Below are positions 9,405 through 19,225 of a stretch of DNA of 64,000 nucleotides, piece after piece (within the stretch, counting starts at the first letter, position 1; each line of letters opens with the position of its first letter). This DNA comes from an uncultured Gemmatimonadales bacterium. GTDB taxonomy: Bacteria; Gemmatimonadota; Gemmatimonadetes; Longimicrobiales; RSA9. The stretch covers positions 122,333 to 186,332 of the forward strand of contig CAVSJO010000008.1 of the NCBI GenBank assembly GCA_963728445.1, written 5' to 3'. The notes below the pieces were generated by a model that saw only the letters and a program-made list of their open reading frames with translations, did not search any database and was not told where the DNA came from. The position numbers were made by a program, and so were the translations under genes.

Positions 9405-10499
9405 ATGGCGCAGACCATACGAAAGATCGCGCTGAACACGGGCGGCGGGGACGCCCCGGGCCTGAACGCCGTGATCCGGGCCGTCGTGCTGGCGGCGATG
9501 CGACAGGGCATCGAGGTGTGGGGCATCCGGAAGGGCTACGGCGGCCTGCTGGGCGAGGACGCGATCGTCCGGCTCGATCAGGACACGGTGCGAGGCATTA
9601 CGCACCTGGGCGGCACGATCCTCGGCACGACGAACCGGGGCAACCCGTTCGAATGGCCGGTGGATCGGAACGGCGAAGTCGAGCACTACGTCGACCGCTC
9701 GGATGAGGTCGTCTCCGAGTTCGAGCGGCAGGGTTTCGACGCCCTCATCGCCATCGGTGGGGACGGCTCGCTCGGGATCGCCAGCCGGCTGGCGCGGAAG
9801 GGGCTGCCGGTGGTGGGCGTCCCGAAGACGATCGACAACGATCTCGCGGCCACCCAGGTGACGTTCGGCTTCCACACGGCGGTGCAGACGGCGACCGACG
9901 CCCTGGACAAGCTCGTCTCCACGGCCGAGAGCCACGAGCGGGTGATGGTGGTCGAGGTCATGGGCCGGCACACGGGATGGATCGCGCTGCACTCCGGCGT
10001 GAGCGCCAGCTCGGAGGTGATCCTGATCCCCGAGATCCCGTTCCAGATCGAGAAGGTGTGCGAGAAAATCGAGGACCGGTATCGGCGCGGCCGGCGGTTC
10101 GCCATCGTCGTCGCGGCGGAAGGCGCGCAGATGGTGGGTGGAGGCGCCTTCTACAAGGAGTCGGGCGGGCCCGGCCACGCGGCCCGCTATGGCGGCCTGG
10201 CGGAGTTCCTGGCGGCGGAGATCGAGCACCGCACCGGCCGGGAGACCCGGTCCATCGTACTGGGCCACCTGCAGCGGGGCGGCTCCCCTGTCTCGTACGA
10301 CCGTCTGGTCGCCCTGCGCTTCGGCGCCGCGGCCGTGCGCGCGGTGCTGGCCGGGAAGTTCGGGACCATGGTGGCCCTCGACCCACCGGAGGTTCGCGCC
10401 GTGCCCCTGGAGGACGCGATCGCACACCTGAAGCGCGTGCCCCTCGACTCGGACACCGTGCTCACGGCCCGGGCTCTGGGGATCTCCTTCGGCGACTGA
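9405..10499 (+). CDS. pfkA: 6-phosphofructokinase (PfkA family, group III/mixed-substrate type)
   Basis: TGGGDAPGLN, GGTILGTTN, GGDGS, PKTIDND, EVMGR, LGHLQRGG. Confidence 0.92.
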   Translation: MAQTIRKIALNTGGGDAPGLNAVIRAVVLAAMRQGIEVWGIRKGYGGLLGEDAIVRLDQDTVRGITHLGGTILGTTNRGNPFEWPVDRNGEVEHYVDRSDEVVSEFERQGFDALIAIGGDGSLGIASRLARKGLPVVGVPKTIDNDLAATQVTFGFHTAVQTATDALDKLVSTAESHERVMVVEVMGRHTGWIALHSGVSASSEVILIPEIPFQIEKVCEKIEDRYRRGRRFAIVVAAEGAQMVGGGAFYKESGGPGHAARYGGLAEFLAAEIEHRTGRETRSIVLGHLQRGGSPVSYDRLVALRFGAAAVRAVLAGKFGTMVALDPPEVRAVPLEDAIAHLKRVPLDSDTVLTARALGISFGD

Positions 10500-10614
10500 C
10501 CCGGCCCGCGCGCCATCCGCCGCCGGCGTCGCGTTGAAGCGATACTGCGCGGCGGGTATCTTCCCCCGGGGCGGTGCCCCACCGAATCCCTCGACATCTC
10601 ACAGGAAGACGAGC

Positions 10615-13086
10615 ATGAACCTGCGTCACGCCCTGGCCGGGTGCGCGCTGGCGGCCGCCGCGGCCGCTCCGCTCGCGGCTCAGCAGCAGGGATCCTTTGA
10701 GCTCACCGTGAACAGCATCATGCGCGGGCCGGAGCTCGTGGGAGAGGCGCCGTCCCGCGTCACCTGGACGCCCGACGGCCAGTGGGTCTACTTCCGCTGG
10801 AAGCCCGGCGGCGAGGCGTGGAACGAGGAGCCGTCGCTCTACCGCGTGCGGTCGTCCGGCAGAGAGCCGGAGAAGCTGACGGACGAGGAGGCGGACTCCC
10901 TCGGCGTGCTGCTCGCTTCGGGCGACGTCTCCCGGGACCGGTCGCGGCGCGTCGTCTCCTACGAGGGGGACCTCTATCTGATCCGGCGTCAACCGCTGTC
11001 GATCCGCCGGCTGACGCGCACGAAGGCGGTCGAGGCGGAGCCGGTCTTCTCGAAGGACGCCAGCCGCGTCTACTTCGTCCGGGACGACAACGTGTTCGCC
11101 CTCGATCTGGGTGCCGGGGCCGTGCGTCAGCTCACGGACATCCGAAAGGGTCCGAAGCCGAAGGAGGAAGAGAAGGCCGAGGGCCAGCGCGCGTTCCTGG
11201 AGGAGCAGCAGAAGGAGCTGTTCGAGACCATCCGGGTCCGGGAACAGGAAGAGGCCGAGCGGAAGGCACGCAGGGAGGCGAAGGAGAAGGAGGGGCTGCA
11301 GACGGTCTGGATCGGACCGAAGGAGCGGGTCTTCGCTCTCGCGGTGGATCCGGACGGGGAGCACGCGGTGCTGACCGTCGGCAATCCGGGCGAGGACCGG
11401 AGCACGCTCGTGCCGAAATGGGTGACGGAGTCCGGCTACGTGGAGAGCATCCAGGGGCGCCCGAAGGTGGGGGACGAGGAGCCGATGGCGCGCATGGCCC
11501 TGGTCGATCTCTCGGACGGCACCGCCCGGTGGCTGGACGTGGGGCCGCCCGGCGGTGACGAGACCGAGCCGCCGGCCGCGGGGGCCGACAGCGCCGTCGT
11601 GGACGCCGCTGCCGCGGACAGCTCCGGAAACGCCACGTCGGCGGCTCATGCCCCCCGGCCGCGCTTCGCCCGGATCTCCTTCCTCGGCTGGAACGACGCG
11701 GGCACGAAGGGCCTCGTCGGGGCGGTCTCCTATGACTACAAGGACCAGTGGCTGCAGGTGCTCGACGCCGGAACCGGTCAGCTGACGACGATCGCCCACG
11801 ACCACGATGACGCGTGGATCGGCGGTCCCTGCGACCCGTGGCTGAGCTCGAGCTGCGCCGGCTGGATCCCGGACGCCGACGCTGCCTGGTTCGTCAGCGA
11901 GCGGAGCGGCTGGTCCCACCTCTACCGCGTTCGGGCGGAGGCCGGCGCGGAGCCGAAGCAGCTCACGAGCGGGCAGTGGGAGGTGAAGGACGCCGGCATC
12001 GCGCCGGACCGACGCCACTTCGGGATGCACACCAGCGAGCGCTCGGCGTTCGACCAGGACTTCTATCGCATGGGCCTGGAGGGCGGCGAGCGAACCCGGC
12101 TCACGCAGGACCCCGGGCTGCACAGCGTCACGCTGTCACCGGACGGCGACGAAATGGCCGACGTGTACTCGACGTCGAACCACCCGCCGGAGCTCTACCT
12201 GGCGGACGCGAAACCGGGCGCGAAGCGGGAGCGCATCACGACCTCACCCACCGCAGAGTGGAGCGCCTATCCCTGGATCGCGCCGGAGATCGTGACGGTG
12301 CCGGCCCGCGATGGGGTGAAGGTTCCGGCCCGCATCTATCGGCCCGCCGACGTGGGCGCCACGCCGAACGGGGCGGGCGTCATCTTCGTCCACGGCGCCG
12401 GGTACCTGCACAACGTGCATCACGGCTGGAGCGACTATTTCCGCGAGTACATGTTCAACCACCTCCTCGCCTCCAAAGGCTACGTGGTGCTGGACATGGA
12501 CTACCGCGGCTCCGCCGGCTACGGGCGCGACTGGCGGACGGCGATCTACAGGCACATGGGCGGGAAGGACCTGACGGACCAGGTCGACGGCGTGAAGTAT
12601 CTCGTCGCGAACGAGGGCGTACAGGACCCGGAGCGGGTCGGCATCTACGGCGGCTCGTACGGCGGGTTCATCACCCTCATGGCTCTCTTCACCCAGCCGG
12701 ACTGGTTCGGGGCGGGCGCGGCCCTGCGCTCCGTCACGGACTGGGCGCACTACAATCACTGGTACACGGCCCGGATCCTGAACCTGCCGCAGGACGACAG
12801 CACGGCGTACCGGCAGAGCTCGCCGATCTACTTCGCCGACGGGCTGCAGGACCCGCTCCTCATCGCCCACGGGATGCAGGACACCAACGTAGAGTTCCAG
12901 GATGTGGTCCGGCTGGTGCAGCGGCTGATCGAGTTGAAGAAGACGGGGTGGGAGCTGGCGGTCTTCCCGGTGGAGAACCACGGCTTCGTGGAGCCGACGT
13001 CCTGGATGGACGAGTACCGGCGCATCCTGGCGCTCTTCCAGCGGACCGTAGGCTCACCGGCCGCCGCGAGGACCGATCCCCGGTAG
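10615..13086 (+). CDS. Secreted S9 family (DPP IV-like) serine peptidase
   Basis: Signal peptide; beta-propeller N-domain; GGSYGG, DTNV, ENHGF triad motifs. Confidence 0.9.
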   Translation: MNLRHALAGCALAAAAAAPLAAQQQGSFELTVNSIMRGPELVGEAPSRVTWTPDGQWVYFRWKPGGEAWNEEPSLYRVRSSGREPEKLTDEEADSLGVLLASGDVSRDRSRRVVSYEGDLYLIRRQPLSIRRLTRTKAVEAEPVFSKDASRVYFVRDDNVFALDLGAGAVRQLTDIRKGPKPKEEEKAEGQRAFLEEQQKELFETIRVREQEEAERKARREAKEKEGLQTVWIGPKERVFALAVDPDGEHAVLTVGNPGEDRSTLVPKWVTESGYVESIQGRPKVGDEEPMARMALVDLSDGTARWLDVGPPGGDETEPPAAGADSAVVDAAAADSSGNATSAAHAPRPRFARISFLGWNDAGTKGLVGAVSYDYKDQWLQVLDAGTGQLTTIAHDHDDAWIGGPCDPWLSSSCAGWIPDADAAWFVSERSGWSHLYRVRAEAGAEPKQLTSGQWEVKDAGIAPDRRHFGMHTSERSAFDQDFYRMGLEGGERTRLTQDPGLHSVTLSPDGDEMADVYSTSNHPPELYLADAKPGAKRERITTSPTAEWSAYPWIAPEIVTVPARDGVKVPARIYRPADVGATPNGAGVIFVHGAGYLHNVHHGWSDYFREYMFNHLLASKGYVVLDMDYRGSAGYGRDWRTAIYRHMGGKDLTDQVDGVKYLVANEGVQDPERVGIYGGSYGGFITLMALFTQPDWFGAGAALRSVTDWAHYNHWYTARILNLPQDDSTAYRQSSPIYFADGLQDPLLIAHGMQDTNVEFQDVVRLVQRLIELKKTGWELAVFPVENHGFVEPTSWMDEYRRILALFQRTVGSPAAARTDPR

Positions 13087-13177
13087 GGGGCCTCGGGAGA
13101 CGATCGGGGCGATCCGCCCGAACACGGACGAAGATCGGGCGGGTCAGCCCGCCCGCAAGCAGCCGGAACCGGGCGGG

Positions 13178-13819
13178 TCAGCCCGCCCGATTCCGCAGGA
13201 CCCGGCCGGCGTAGCCGTTGTCCGCGTCCTCGCCACGGCTCCGGAGCCGATCCACGGTTCCGGGGCCGCGGTTGTACGCCGTCAGCGCGGTCCAGATGTC
13301 TCCGTCGTACCGGTCGATCAGGTAGTGCAGGTAGCGGAATCCGAGGCGGAGGTTGGTGTCCGTCTCGAAGAGGTCGCCGCGGGCGGTGCCCGGCACCAGC
13401 CAGCGGGCGGTGGCCGGCATCACCTGTGTGTAGCCCACGGCACCGACGGGCGAGACGGCAGTCCGGCGGAAGCTCGACTCGGTTCGAACGAGCTGGAACG
13501 CGACGCGCGGGCGGACGTTCTCTGCGAGCGCGGCCCGCGTGATGCGGTCCGCGAGGTCGATGGGGACGTCGTACTCGTCCGCCAAGTGGGTCGTGAGCTG
13601 AAGTCGAGAAGCCGCGTCTCGCAGCCTGGCGCGGTGCTCGGCGACGGTCGGATTGACCGGCGCCGCGGCGGCGTCCGCCGCGGCGGTGTGGAAGCCGGCG
13701 AGGAACTCCGCCGGGTGTGTGAGCGCGGCCGGCGCCACGAGCAGCGTGGCGACGAGGGCACGTATGAGGGGCCGCCGAACGGATGGCAGCCGCCGAGCTC
13801 GAAGGAGCGTGCGCGTCAC
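13178..13819 (-). CDS. Lytic transglycosylase (SLT domain)
   Basis: VRTESSF, AVSPVGAVGYTQVMPATA, AYNRGPG. Confidence 0.88.
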   Translation of the reverse strand: MTRTLLRARRLPSVRRPLIRALVATLLVAPAALTHPAEFLAGFHTAAADAAAAPVNPTVAEHRARLRDAASRLQLTTHLADEYDVPIDLADRITRAALAENVRPRVAFQLVRTESSFRRTAVSPVGAVGYTQVMPATARWLVPGTARGDLFETDTNLRLGFRYLHYLIDRYDGDIWTALTAYNRGPGTVDRLRSRGEDADNGYAGRVLRNRAG

Positions 13820-13949
13820 CGCGTACCTCCCTGGGTTCGGGTTCGGGACGAAACAGCCGGGCGCGCTGCGTCTCGTCGACGCCGTGGGCCCGGCTCGATC
13901 GTCACGGTCGAATCGGTGCTACCCTCTCCCCCATGGCCGGTTCCCGGCC

Positions 13950-14315
13950 TCACGAGCCGAGCCGGACGCTGGTGGCCTGCGTCCGGCTGAGCGTGACCTG
14001 CTTCTGGAACGTCGTTCCGCCGTCCTTCGGACGCCCCACGATCGTCACCGACGCGCTGCTCGGGGAGGAAATCACGAACCGCTGGGTCGCGCCCGCGTCC
14101 ACCGTCCCCAGGAGGGCCGAGCCGCGGGAATCCTCATAGCTGACGACCAGCGGCTGGCCCGCGTCGTTCTGCACCACGACCGTGTACGCGATGCCGGGCT
14201 GCGACTCCACCGCCACGGCGCGGCTGCACGCCGCAGCAAACGTTACCGTCGCGACGAAGGCGAACACCCGTACCGCGGCGGCCGAGGCTGCTCCCCTGCT
14301 TCTGCGAGACATCAT
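13950..14315 (-). CDS. Hypothetical lipoprotein
   Basis: Lipobox FAAAC after a hydrophobic stretch; beta-rich mature part. Confidence 0.65.
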   Translation of the reverse strand: MMSRRSRGAASAAAVRVFAFVATVTFAAACSRAVAVESQPGIAYTVVVQNDAGQPLVVSYEDSRGSALLGTVDAGATQRFVISSPSSASVTIVGRPKDGGTTFQKQVTLSRTQATSVRLGS

Positions 14316-14379
14316 GATGCGCCTCCTCTGCGTGGGTCGCGGACCGGGGTGCAGGAAGCGTGCGCGGCCGGCGCCGGGC

Positions 14380-14410
14380 AAAAAAAAACCGCCGCGGCAA
14401 CCGCGGCGGT
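14380..14410 (-). terminator. Rho-independent terminator
   Basis: ACCGCCGCGG/CCGCGGCGGT stem followed by a T run on the minus strand, downstream of the 14438 stop. Confidence 0.8.
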
Positions 14411-14437
14411 CGGCGTCCGGACGACGGGGCCGGGCCC

Positions 14438-14854
14438 TCAGTCCGGGAAGCTGATCGTGCGCGTGGTCGCGTCGTCGGGTGAGCTCCCGGTCATGAGCTC
14501 GATCATCGCCCGCATCTCGGCGCCCATGCGGGCGACCCGCTCCCGCATGGCGAGCACGTGTCCGAAGTCGAAATAGGCCAGGACCGCCGACTCGGACCCG
14601 ACGTGCTCCTCCGTGATCGCGCTCTCCATCCGCTCCTGCAGGTACGCGGTCACCAGCGCGATCACCCGCTCGAGCGTCTGCTGACGCGCGTACGTCCGCA
14701 CGCTGAGGTCGCCCGAAAGCCGCGGCAGCAGGGCCTCCACGTCCGCGACGACCTCCGGCGGCGCGGCGACGCCGCCGCCGTCGTAGGAAGCCAGAACGCT
14801 CTCGATCCCGTTCGTCAGGGCCGTGAGCTCCTCGTAGCTGCACCGAAGGATCAC
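14438..14854 (-). CDS. Hypothetical helical protein
   Basis: AAGGAG RBS before GTG; natural composition (ILRCSYEELTAL...YFDFGHVL); followed by a terminator. Confidence 0.7.
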   Translation of the reverse strand: MILRCSYEELTALTNGIESVLASYDGGGVAAPPEVVADVEALLPRLSGDLSVRTYARQQTLERVIALVTAYLQERMESAITEEHVGSESAVLAYFDFGHVLAMRERVARMGAEMRAMIELMTGSSPDDATTRTISFPD

Positions 14855-15170
14855 GGGAGACTCCTTGCCTGCGTCTCGAGGCGGCGCGGAAGTGCCGCCC
14901 ACACCAAAAGATATCCCGATCCTGCCACTTCGTTCCGCAATCCGCGTTCCCTGGCGCGCACCCCCTATCCGGGCCCCCGGAGGGGCCGGATCACGGAACC
15001 CGTATCTCTCTACGTATCAACGACTCGCGCGGTTGCAGACGGACATCCGGGCGGCGGGTGCAGGGCTGCCCCGTGCGTAACGGATCGTCGCGTTTCGCCC
15101 GAATCGTGGCGTTCCGCGTCCACGCCCTGCCGCGGTGGTGCGACAGGTGAGACGCCTCCGGCGAAGGCGG

Positions 15171-15929
15171 TCAGACGCCTTCGCGATGCATCAGCCAGTC
15201 GGCGAGCCAGAGACCGGCGACCAGGTCCAGCGCCGCGTGGGCTGCCATCGCCGGCAGCACGCTGCCGACCAGAACGAGCGGCAGCGCGAGTACGAAGCCG
15301 AGGAGCGTCGCCCGGAGGACGCCGGTTGCGCCCTGATAGGAGTGGACGAGTCCGAACGCGACGGAGGAGACGGCGGCTCCAATCCAGACGTTACCGGATG
15401 CGGCGCCGATGGCCGGCACGAGAAAGGACCGGAACGCCAGCTCCTCGCCGATGCCGGCCGAGAGGGAGACGCCGACGAAAGCCCAGCGCTCGGCCCGCGT
15501 CGAAGGGAGCACCAGGTCGACGAGCGTGGTCTCGGAGGCGCCGAGCAGCCGGGCGACGACGAGCACGGCGATCCCGGCGGCCAGGGCGATGGCCGCCCAG
15601 CCGTACGCGGGCCCCGCGCCCGGCCAGCGAAGGCCGAGGAGGGCGGGCGTGAAGCCGGCGCCGAGTCCGAGGACAAGGCCGACGGCGCCCATGGCCCAGA
15701 TCGCGGCCGCCGACGAGGCGTAAACGGACATGCGGGACCCCGCCGCGGCAGTCAGGTCGGCACGCGCCAGCATGTCGGCCTGGAGGAGCGTGAGGGCGGG
15801 CAGGAAGACCAGGAAGAGAACCACGCCGACGCGCCCGGGCCACGGGAGGGGCGTGGCGGCGAACCATGCCACGGCCGCCGCGACCAGAACCGCGGCGGCC
15901 AGCGCTCGCCGATTCAATCCGCCGTCCAC
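15171..15929 (-). CDS. CPBP/Abi family intramembrane glutamic endopeptidase
   Basis: GIGEELAFRSF, FGLVHSYQG, AAHAALD; multiple TM segments. Confidence 0.88.
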   Translation of the reverse strand: MDGGLNRRALAAAVLVAAAVAWFAATPLPWPGRVGVVLFLVFLPALTLLQADMLARADLTAAAGSRMSVYASSAAAIWAMGAVGLVLGLGAGFTPALLGLRWPGAGPAYGWAAIALAAGIAVLVVARLLGASETTLVDLVLPSTRAERWAFVGVSLSAGIGEELAFRSFLVPAIGAASGNVWIGAAVSSVAFGLVHSYQGATGVLRATLLGFVLALPLVLVGSVLPAMAAHAALDLVAGLWLADWLMHREGV

Positions 15930-15930
15930 G

Positions 15931-16836
15931 TCAGGTCTCCCCGCGAAGACGGCGGTACAGCCGCGGCGCGACGCCGGCCGCCGCGAGTCCAAGCAGGAGG
16001 CCCGTGGAGGCATCGACGGCGTAGTGGAAGCCGCCGTAGACGGCGCCGAGCGCCAGTCCGGCGGTGAGGACGGCAGCCACCGACAGGAACGCCGGCAGGT
16101 AGAGGGCCACGTTCACGCACTGGGCGGCGGAAACGCCGACGTGCGACGAGGGGAAGGCCGCGCCGCGGCTGGAGCCGGACTCCAGGATCCGGTGCGCCAG
16201 GGCCCAGGCAGGTCCCCGGGCGCTTGCGGCCACGGGCGTGGGGAACAGGTAGCGGGGTCCCTGGACCGGGAAGTACACGAAGAAGAGGTAGTGCACGAAG
16301 AAGGCGAGCATGAGGGCGAAGACCGACTTCAGAAAGGCCGGTCGCCGGCCCCTCGAGTAGAGGATCAGGGGCGGCCCGTAGATGAGGAGATAGTACGACA
16401 GATAGGACGCGTGCAGCCACTCGGAGAGAGCCTTCCAGGTGAAGCGGGCGGCCAGGTCGTGGCTGGGGTAGCCGCCGAACACGGCATGCTCGGCGGTCAG
16501 GATGAGCGGATCGAAGTAGCGCCCGTTCCACACCGCCACGTTCAGCACCGCCAGCTCGGAGTAGAGCACGGGGATGAGGAGCAGCGGGTACCAGTCGGCC
16601 GTGAAGCGGGAGGCTCGCGGGAACGCCTTCCCCATCCGGGCGAGCCCGCGGCCGAAGGGCCCGATCCGGAGCGCGAACAGGATTCCGAAGAGATGGAAGG
16701 CCGCCCAAACCGGCCACGTGGGCGGCCGGTGTGGGAACACGAGAGCGACGCCGGCCGCGGCCAGGTACGCGGCGAAGAGGAGATCGACGGGTCGGGGCCG
16801 GCCGCGCGGCTCCGTTCCCGGGCAGGGAACCGTCAC
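15931..16836 (-). CDS. PAP2 superfamily membrane protein, Aur1/inositol-phosphorylceramide-synthase-like
   Basis: FPVQGPRY, AAFPSSHV, YGGFHYAVD motifs; about 8 TM segments. Confidence 0.8.
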   Translation of the reverse strand: MTVPCPGTEPRGRPRPVDLLFAAYLAAAGVALVFPHRPPTWPVWAAFHLFGILFALRIGPFGRGLARMGKAFPRASRFTADWYPLLLIPVLYSELAVLNVAVWNGRYFDPLILTAEHAVFGGYPSHDLAARFTWKALSEWLHASYLSYYLLIYGPPLILYSRGRRPAFLKSVFALMLAFFVHYLFFVYFPVQGPRYLFPTPVAASARGPAWALAHRILESGSSRGAAFPSSHVGVSAAQCVNVALYLPAFLSVAAVLTAGLALGAVYGGFHYAVDASTGLLLGLAAAGVAPRLYRRLRGET

Positions 16837-17984
16837 CCGGCCCCACCGACCGCCCGGTCGTAGATCCTGTACGTCTTGTACACGACGGCTCCCATCTGCT
16901 CGAGCGCCCGGCGCATCTCCCAGTTGTCCTCGAGGATCCAGGAGCACTCCCCACGGATGGTGCCGTCCGCCAGGGCCTGCCTGTAGAACTCGAGATACAG
17001 CATGGCGTCGATCCCGAGGCGACGGTATCCCGGCTCCACGCCAAGCGTGAGGACCCGGACCTGGTCGATCTTCCGCCGGTACCACAGGAGCTTGAAGATT
17101 CCGAAGGGCAGCAGACGGCCGTCGATATGGCGTAGCGCCTGGTTGAAGTCGGGCAGACCGATGCCGAATGCGATGGGACTGCCCCGTACCTCGGCGAAGA
17201 GGATGTACCGCGGCTCGGCCACAGGCTTGAGCTGCTTCGCCATGACCTGGAACTCCTCGTGGGTCATGGGCACGAAGCCCCAGTTGCTCTCCCACGCCCG
17301 ATTGTAGATTCCTTCCATGACGGCGACCTCTTCGTCGAACTTCGACAGATCCGCGTGCCGGATGCGGATCCCCTTGCGCTCGGCGATTCGGGCCGTGCCC
17401 CTGACGAGCCGCTCCGGGGGCGGCGTGGTCGGCAGCTCGTAGGCCAGGAGGTCCTTCGCCTTCCGGAAACCCGTACCCTCGATGAGCCGCTCGTAGTAGC
17501 GCGGGTTGTACGTCATCATGATGAACGGCGGCTCGTGGAACCCGTCCACGAGCAGCCCGCACTCCTCGTTCGTCGAGAAGTTCATCGGTCCGCGCAGGAT
17601 CCGCATCCCACGATCGGCGACGTACGCCTCGGCGGCGTCGAGGAGCGCCGCAGCCGCCTCGGGATCGTCCTCGCACTCGAAGAATCCGAAGAAGCCGGCC
17701 TTTTCGTCGTGGAACTGAACGTGGAGATGGTTCACGATGGCGGCGATCCGGCCGACGACGCGCTCGCCCCGGCGGGCGAGGAAGTACTCGACCTCGGCGT
17801 GCTGGTGGAACGGATGCTTCTCCCGGTCGAGGAGCATCTTCTGGTCGTGAAGCAGAGGGGGGACCCAATCTGGGTCCCCCCGATAGATCGACCACGGCAG
17901 GCGCAGGAATGCCTGCAGGTCCATCCCGCCCGAGAGCGGCTCGACCCGCACCCCCTGACTCCCACCGGCCGTTCCGAGGCTCAC
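16833..17984 (-). CDS. GNAT N-acyltransferase, bacterial ceramide synthase-like (YghO-type)
   Basis: WVPPL, VGRIAA, GFFGFFE, GPMNFSTNEECGLLVDGF, YNPRYY, NWGFVP, SWILEDN; coupled to the Spt gene. Confidence 0.8.
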   Translation of the reverse strand: MSLGTAGGSQGVRVEPLSGGMDLQAFLRLPWSIYRGDPDWVPPLLHDQKMLLDREKHPFHQHAEVEYFLARRGERVVGRIAAIVNHLHVQFHDEKAGFFGFFECEDDPEAAAALLDAAEAYVADRGMRILRGPMNFSTNEECGLLVDGFHEPPFIMMTYNPRYYERLIEGTGFRKAKDLLAYELPTTPPPERLVRGTARIAERKGIRIRHADLSKFDEEVAVMEGIYNRAWESNWGFVPMTHEEFQVMAKQLKPVAEPRYILFAEVRGSPIAFGIGLPDFNQALRHIDGRLLPFGIFKLLWYRRKIDQVRVLTLGVEPGYRRLGIDAMLYLEFYRQALADGTIRGECSWILEDNWEMRRALEQMGAVVYKTYRIYDRAVGGAG

Positions 17985-19177
17985 AGGACGCCCATCTCGC
18001 GGCCGACATGGCCGAAGGCGTCGAGTACCGCGTCGACGTGATCGTCGTCGTGGGTCGCCATCATGGAGACCCGCAGCCTGCACGAGCTCGGCGGGACGGC
18101 GGGCGGCGTCACCGGGTTCGTGTATACGCCGCGGTCGAAAAGCGCCCGCCAGAAGTGGAGGGTGTCGTAGATCTCGCCGATGTGGACCGGGATGATCGGG
18201 GTCTCGCTGCCGCCGATGTTGTAGCCGAGAGAGATCAGGCCTTCCTGCATGCGGCGCGTGTTGTGCCAGAGCCGCTCGCGCCGTTCCGGGTCGCTCTGCA
18301 GGACCTCGAGGGCCGTCAGCACGGTGGCGACGGCGGCAGGGGGCATGCTCGCGCTGAAGATCAGGCTGCGGGCGTTGTGCTTCAGGTAGTGGATGACCGG
18401 CTCCTCGCCGGCGATGACGCCGCCGATGGAGGCGAGGGACTTGGAGAAGGTGCCCATGATGAGGGCCACGTCCTGCTCGAGGCCGAAATGCTCGGCAGTC
18501 CCGGCGCCCCGGGTGCCCAGCACGCCGAGGGAGTGAGCGTCGTCCACCATGATCTCTGCGCCGTGGCGGTGCGCCACCTCGACCAGGCGGGGCAGATCGA
18601 CGATCGTCCCTTCCATGGAGAAGATGCCGTCCGTGACGATGAGCTTCCCCTCCCCGTCGGGCGTCGCGGCGAGCTGCCGCTCGAGCTGGTCCAGATCACC
18701 GTGGGAATACCGGTGCACCGTCCCGTACGCCAGCCGTGCGCCGTCCACGATGCTGGCATGGTCGAGCTTGTCCAGATACACGTGGTCGTTACGGCCGACG
18801 AGCGTCGAGATCGCACCGAGATTGCTCTGGAATCCGGTGCTGAAGACGACGGCGGCCTCCTTGTTCAGGAAAGCCGCCAGGCGGTCCTCCAGTTTCTCGT
18901 GAAGATCCAGGGTGCCGTTCAGGAACCGGCTGCCGGTGCACCCGCTGCCGTAGCGCCGCAACGCGTCCGCCGCGGCCTCCATCACCCGGGGGTGGTGCGT
19001 CAGCCCGAGATAGTTGTTCGAGCCGACCATGATCTTGCGCTCGCCCCGGATCATCACCTCGGTGTCGAAGGACGCCTCGATCGGCTGGAAGTACGGGTAG
19101 ACCCCCGCGGCCTGCGCCTCCCGCGCCGCCGTGAACGTGTAGCACTTGTCGAACAGGCTCGTGACGGTCGGCTTCAT
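17981..19177 (-). CDS. spt: Alpha-oxoamine synthase, probable serine palmitoyltransferase
   Basis: GVYPYF, GSNNYLGL, GSRFLNGT, HASIVDG, DDAHS, PLP-lysine motif GTFSKS; genomic context. Confidence 0.78.
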   Translation of the reverse strand: MKPTVTSLFDKCYTFTAAREAQAAGVYPYFQPIEASFDTEVMIRGERKIMVGSNNYLGLTHHPRVMEAAADALRRYGSGCTGSRFLNGTLDLHEKLEDRLAAFLNKEAAVVFSTGFQSNLGAISTLVGRNDHVYLDKLDHASIVDGARLAYGTVHRYSHGDLDQLERQLAATPDGEGKLIVTDGIFSMEGTIVDLPRLVEVAHRHGAEIMVDDAHSLGVLGTRGAGTAEHFGLEQDVALIMGTFSKSLASIGGVIAGEEPVIHYLKHNARSLIFSASMPPAAVATVLTALEVLQSDPERRERLWHNTRRMQEGLISLGYNIGGSETPIIPVHIGEIYDTLHFWRALFDRGVYTNPVTPPAVPPSSCRLRVSMMATHDDDHVDAVLDAFGHVGREMGVL

Positions 19178-19225
19178 GGGTAGCCCGCCTTCCGGGTGGC
19201 CGTCGGATCGTAGTCTTGTATTCAC

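Noticed and set aside
9139-9435. 98-aa ORF from the track (and the antisense ORF 9125-9526)
   Set aside because: Off-frame shadows of the Sec-containing Rdx gene
15931-18009. 692-aa ORF suggesting a large PAP2 fusion
   Set aside because: The N-terminal part is an off-frame overlap of the GNAT gene; the PAP2 begins near 16836
17981-19177. Annotation as bioF or kbl
   Set aside because: No bio or tdh genes nearby; the GTFSKS motif and GNAT/SDR neighbours favour Spt, though this is not proven
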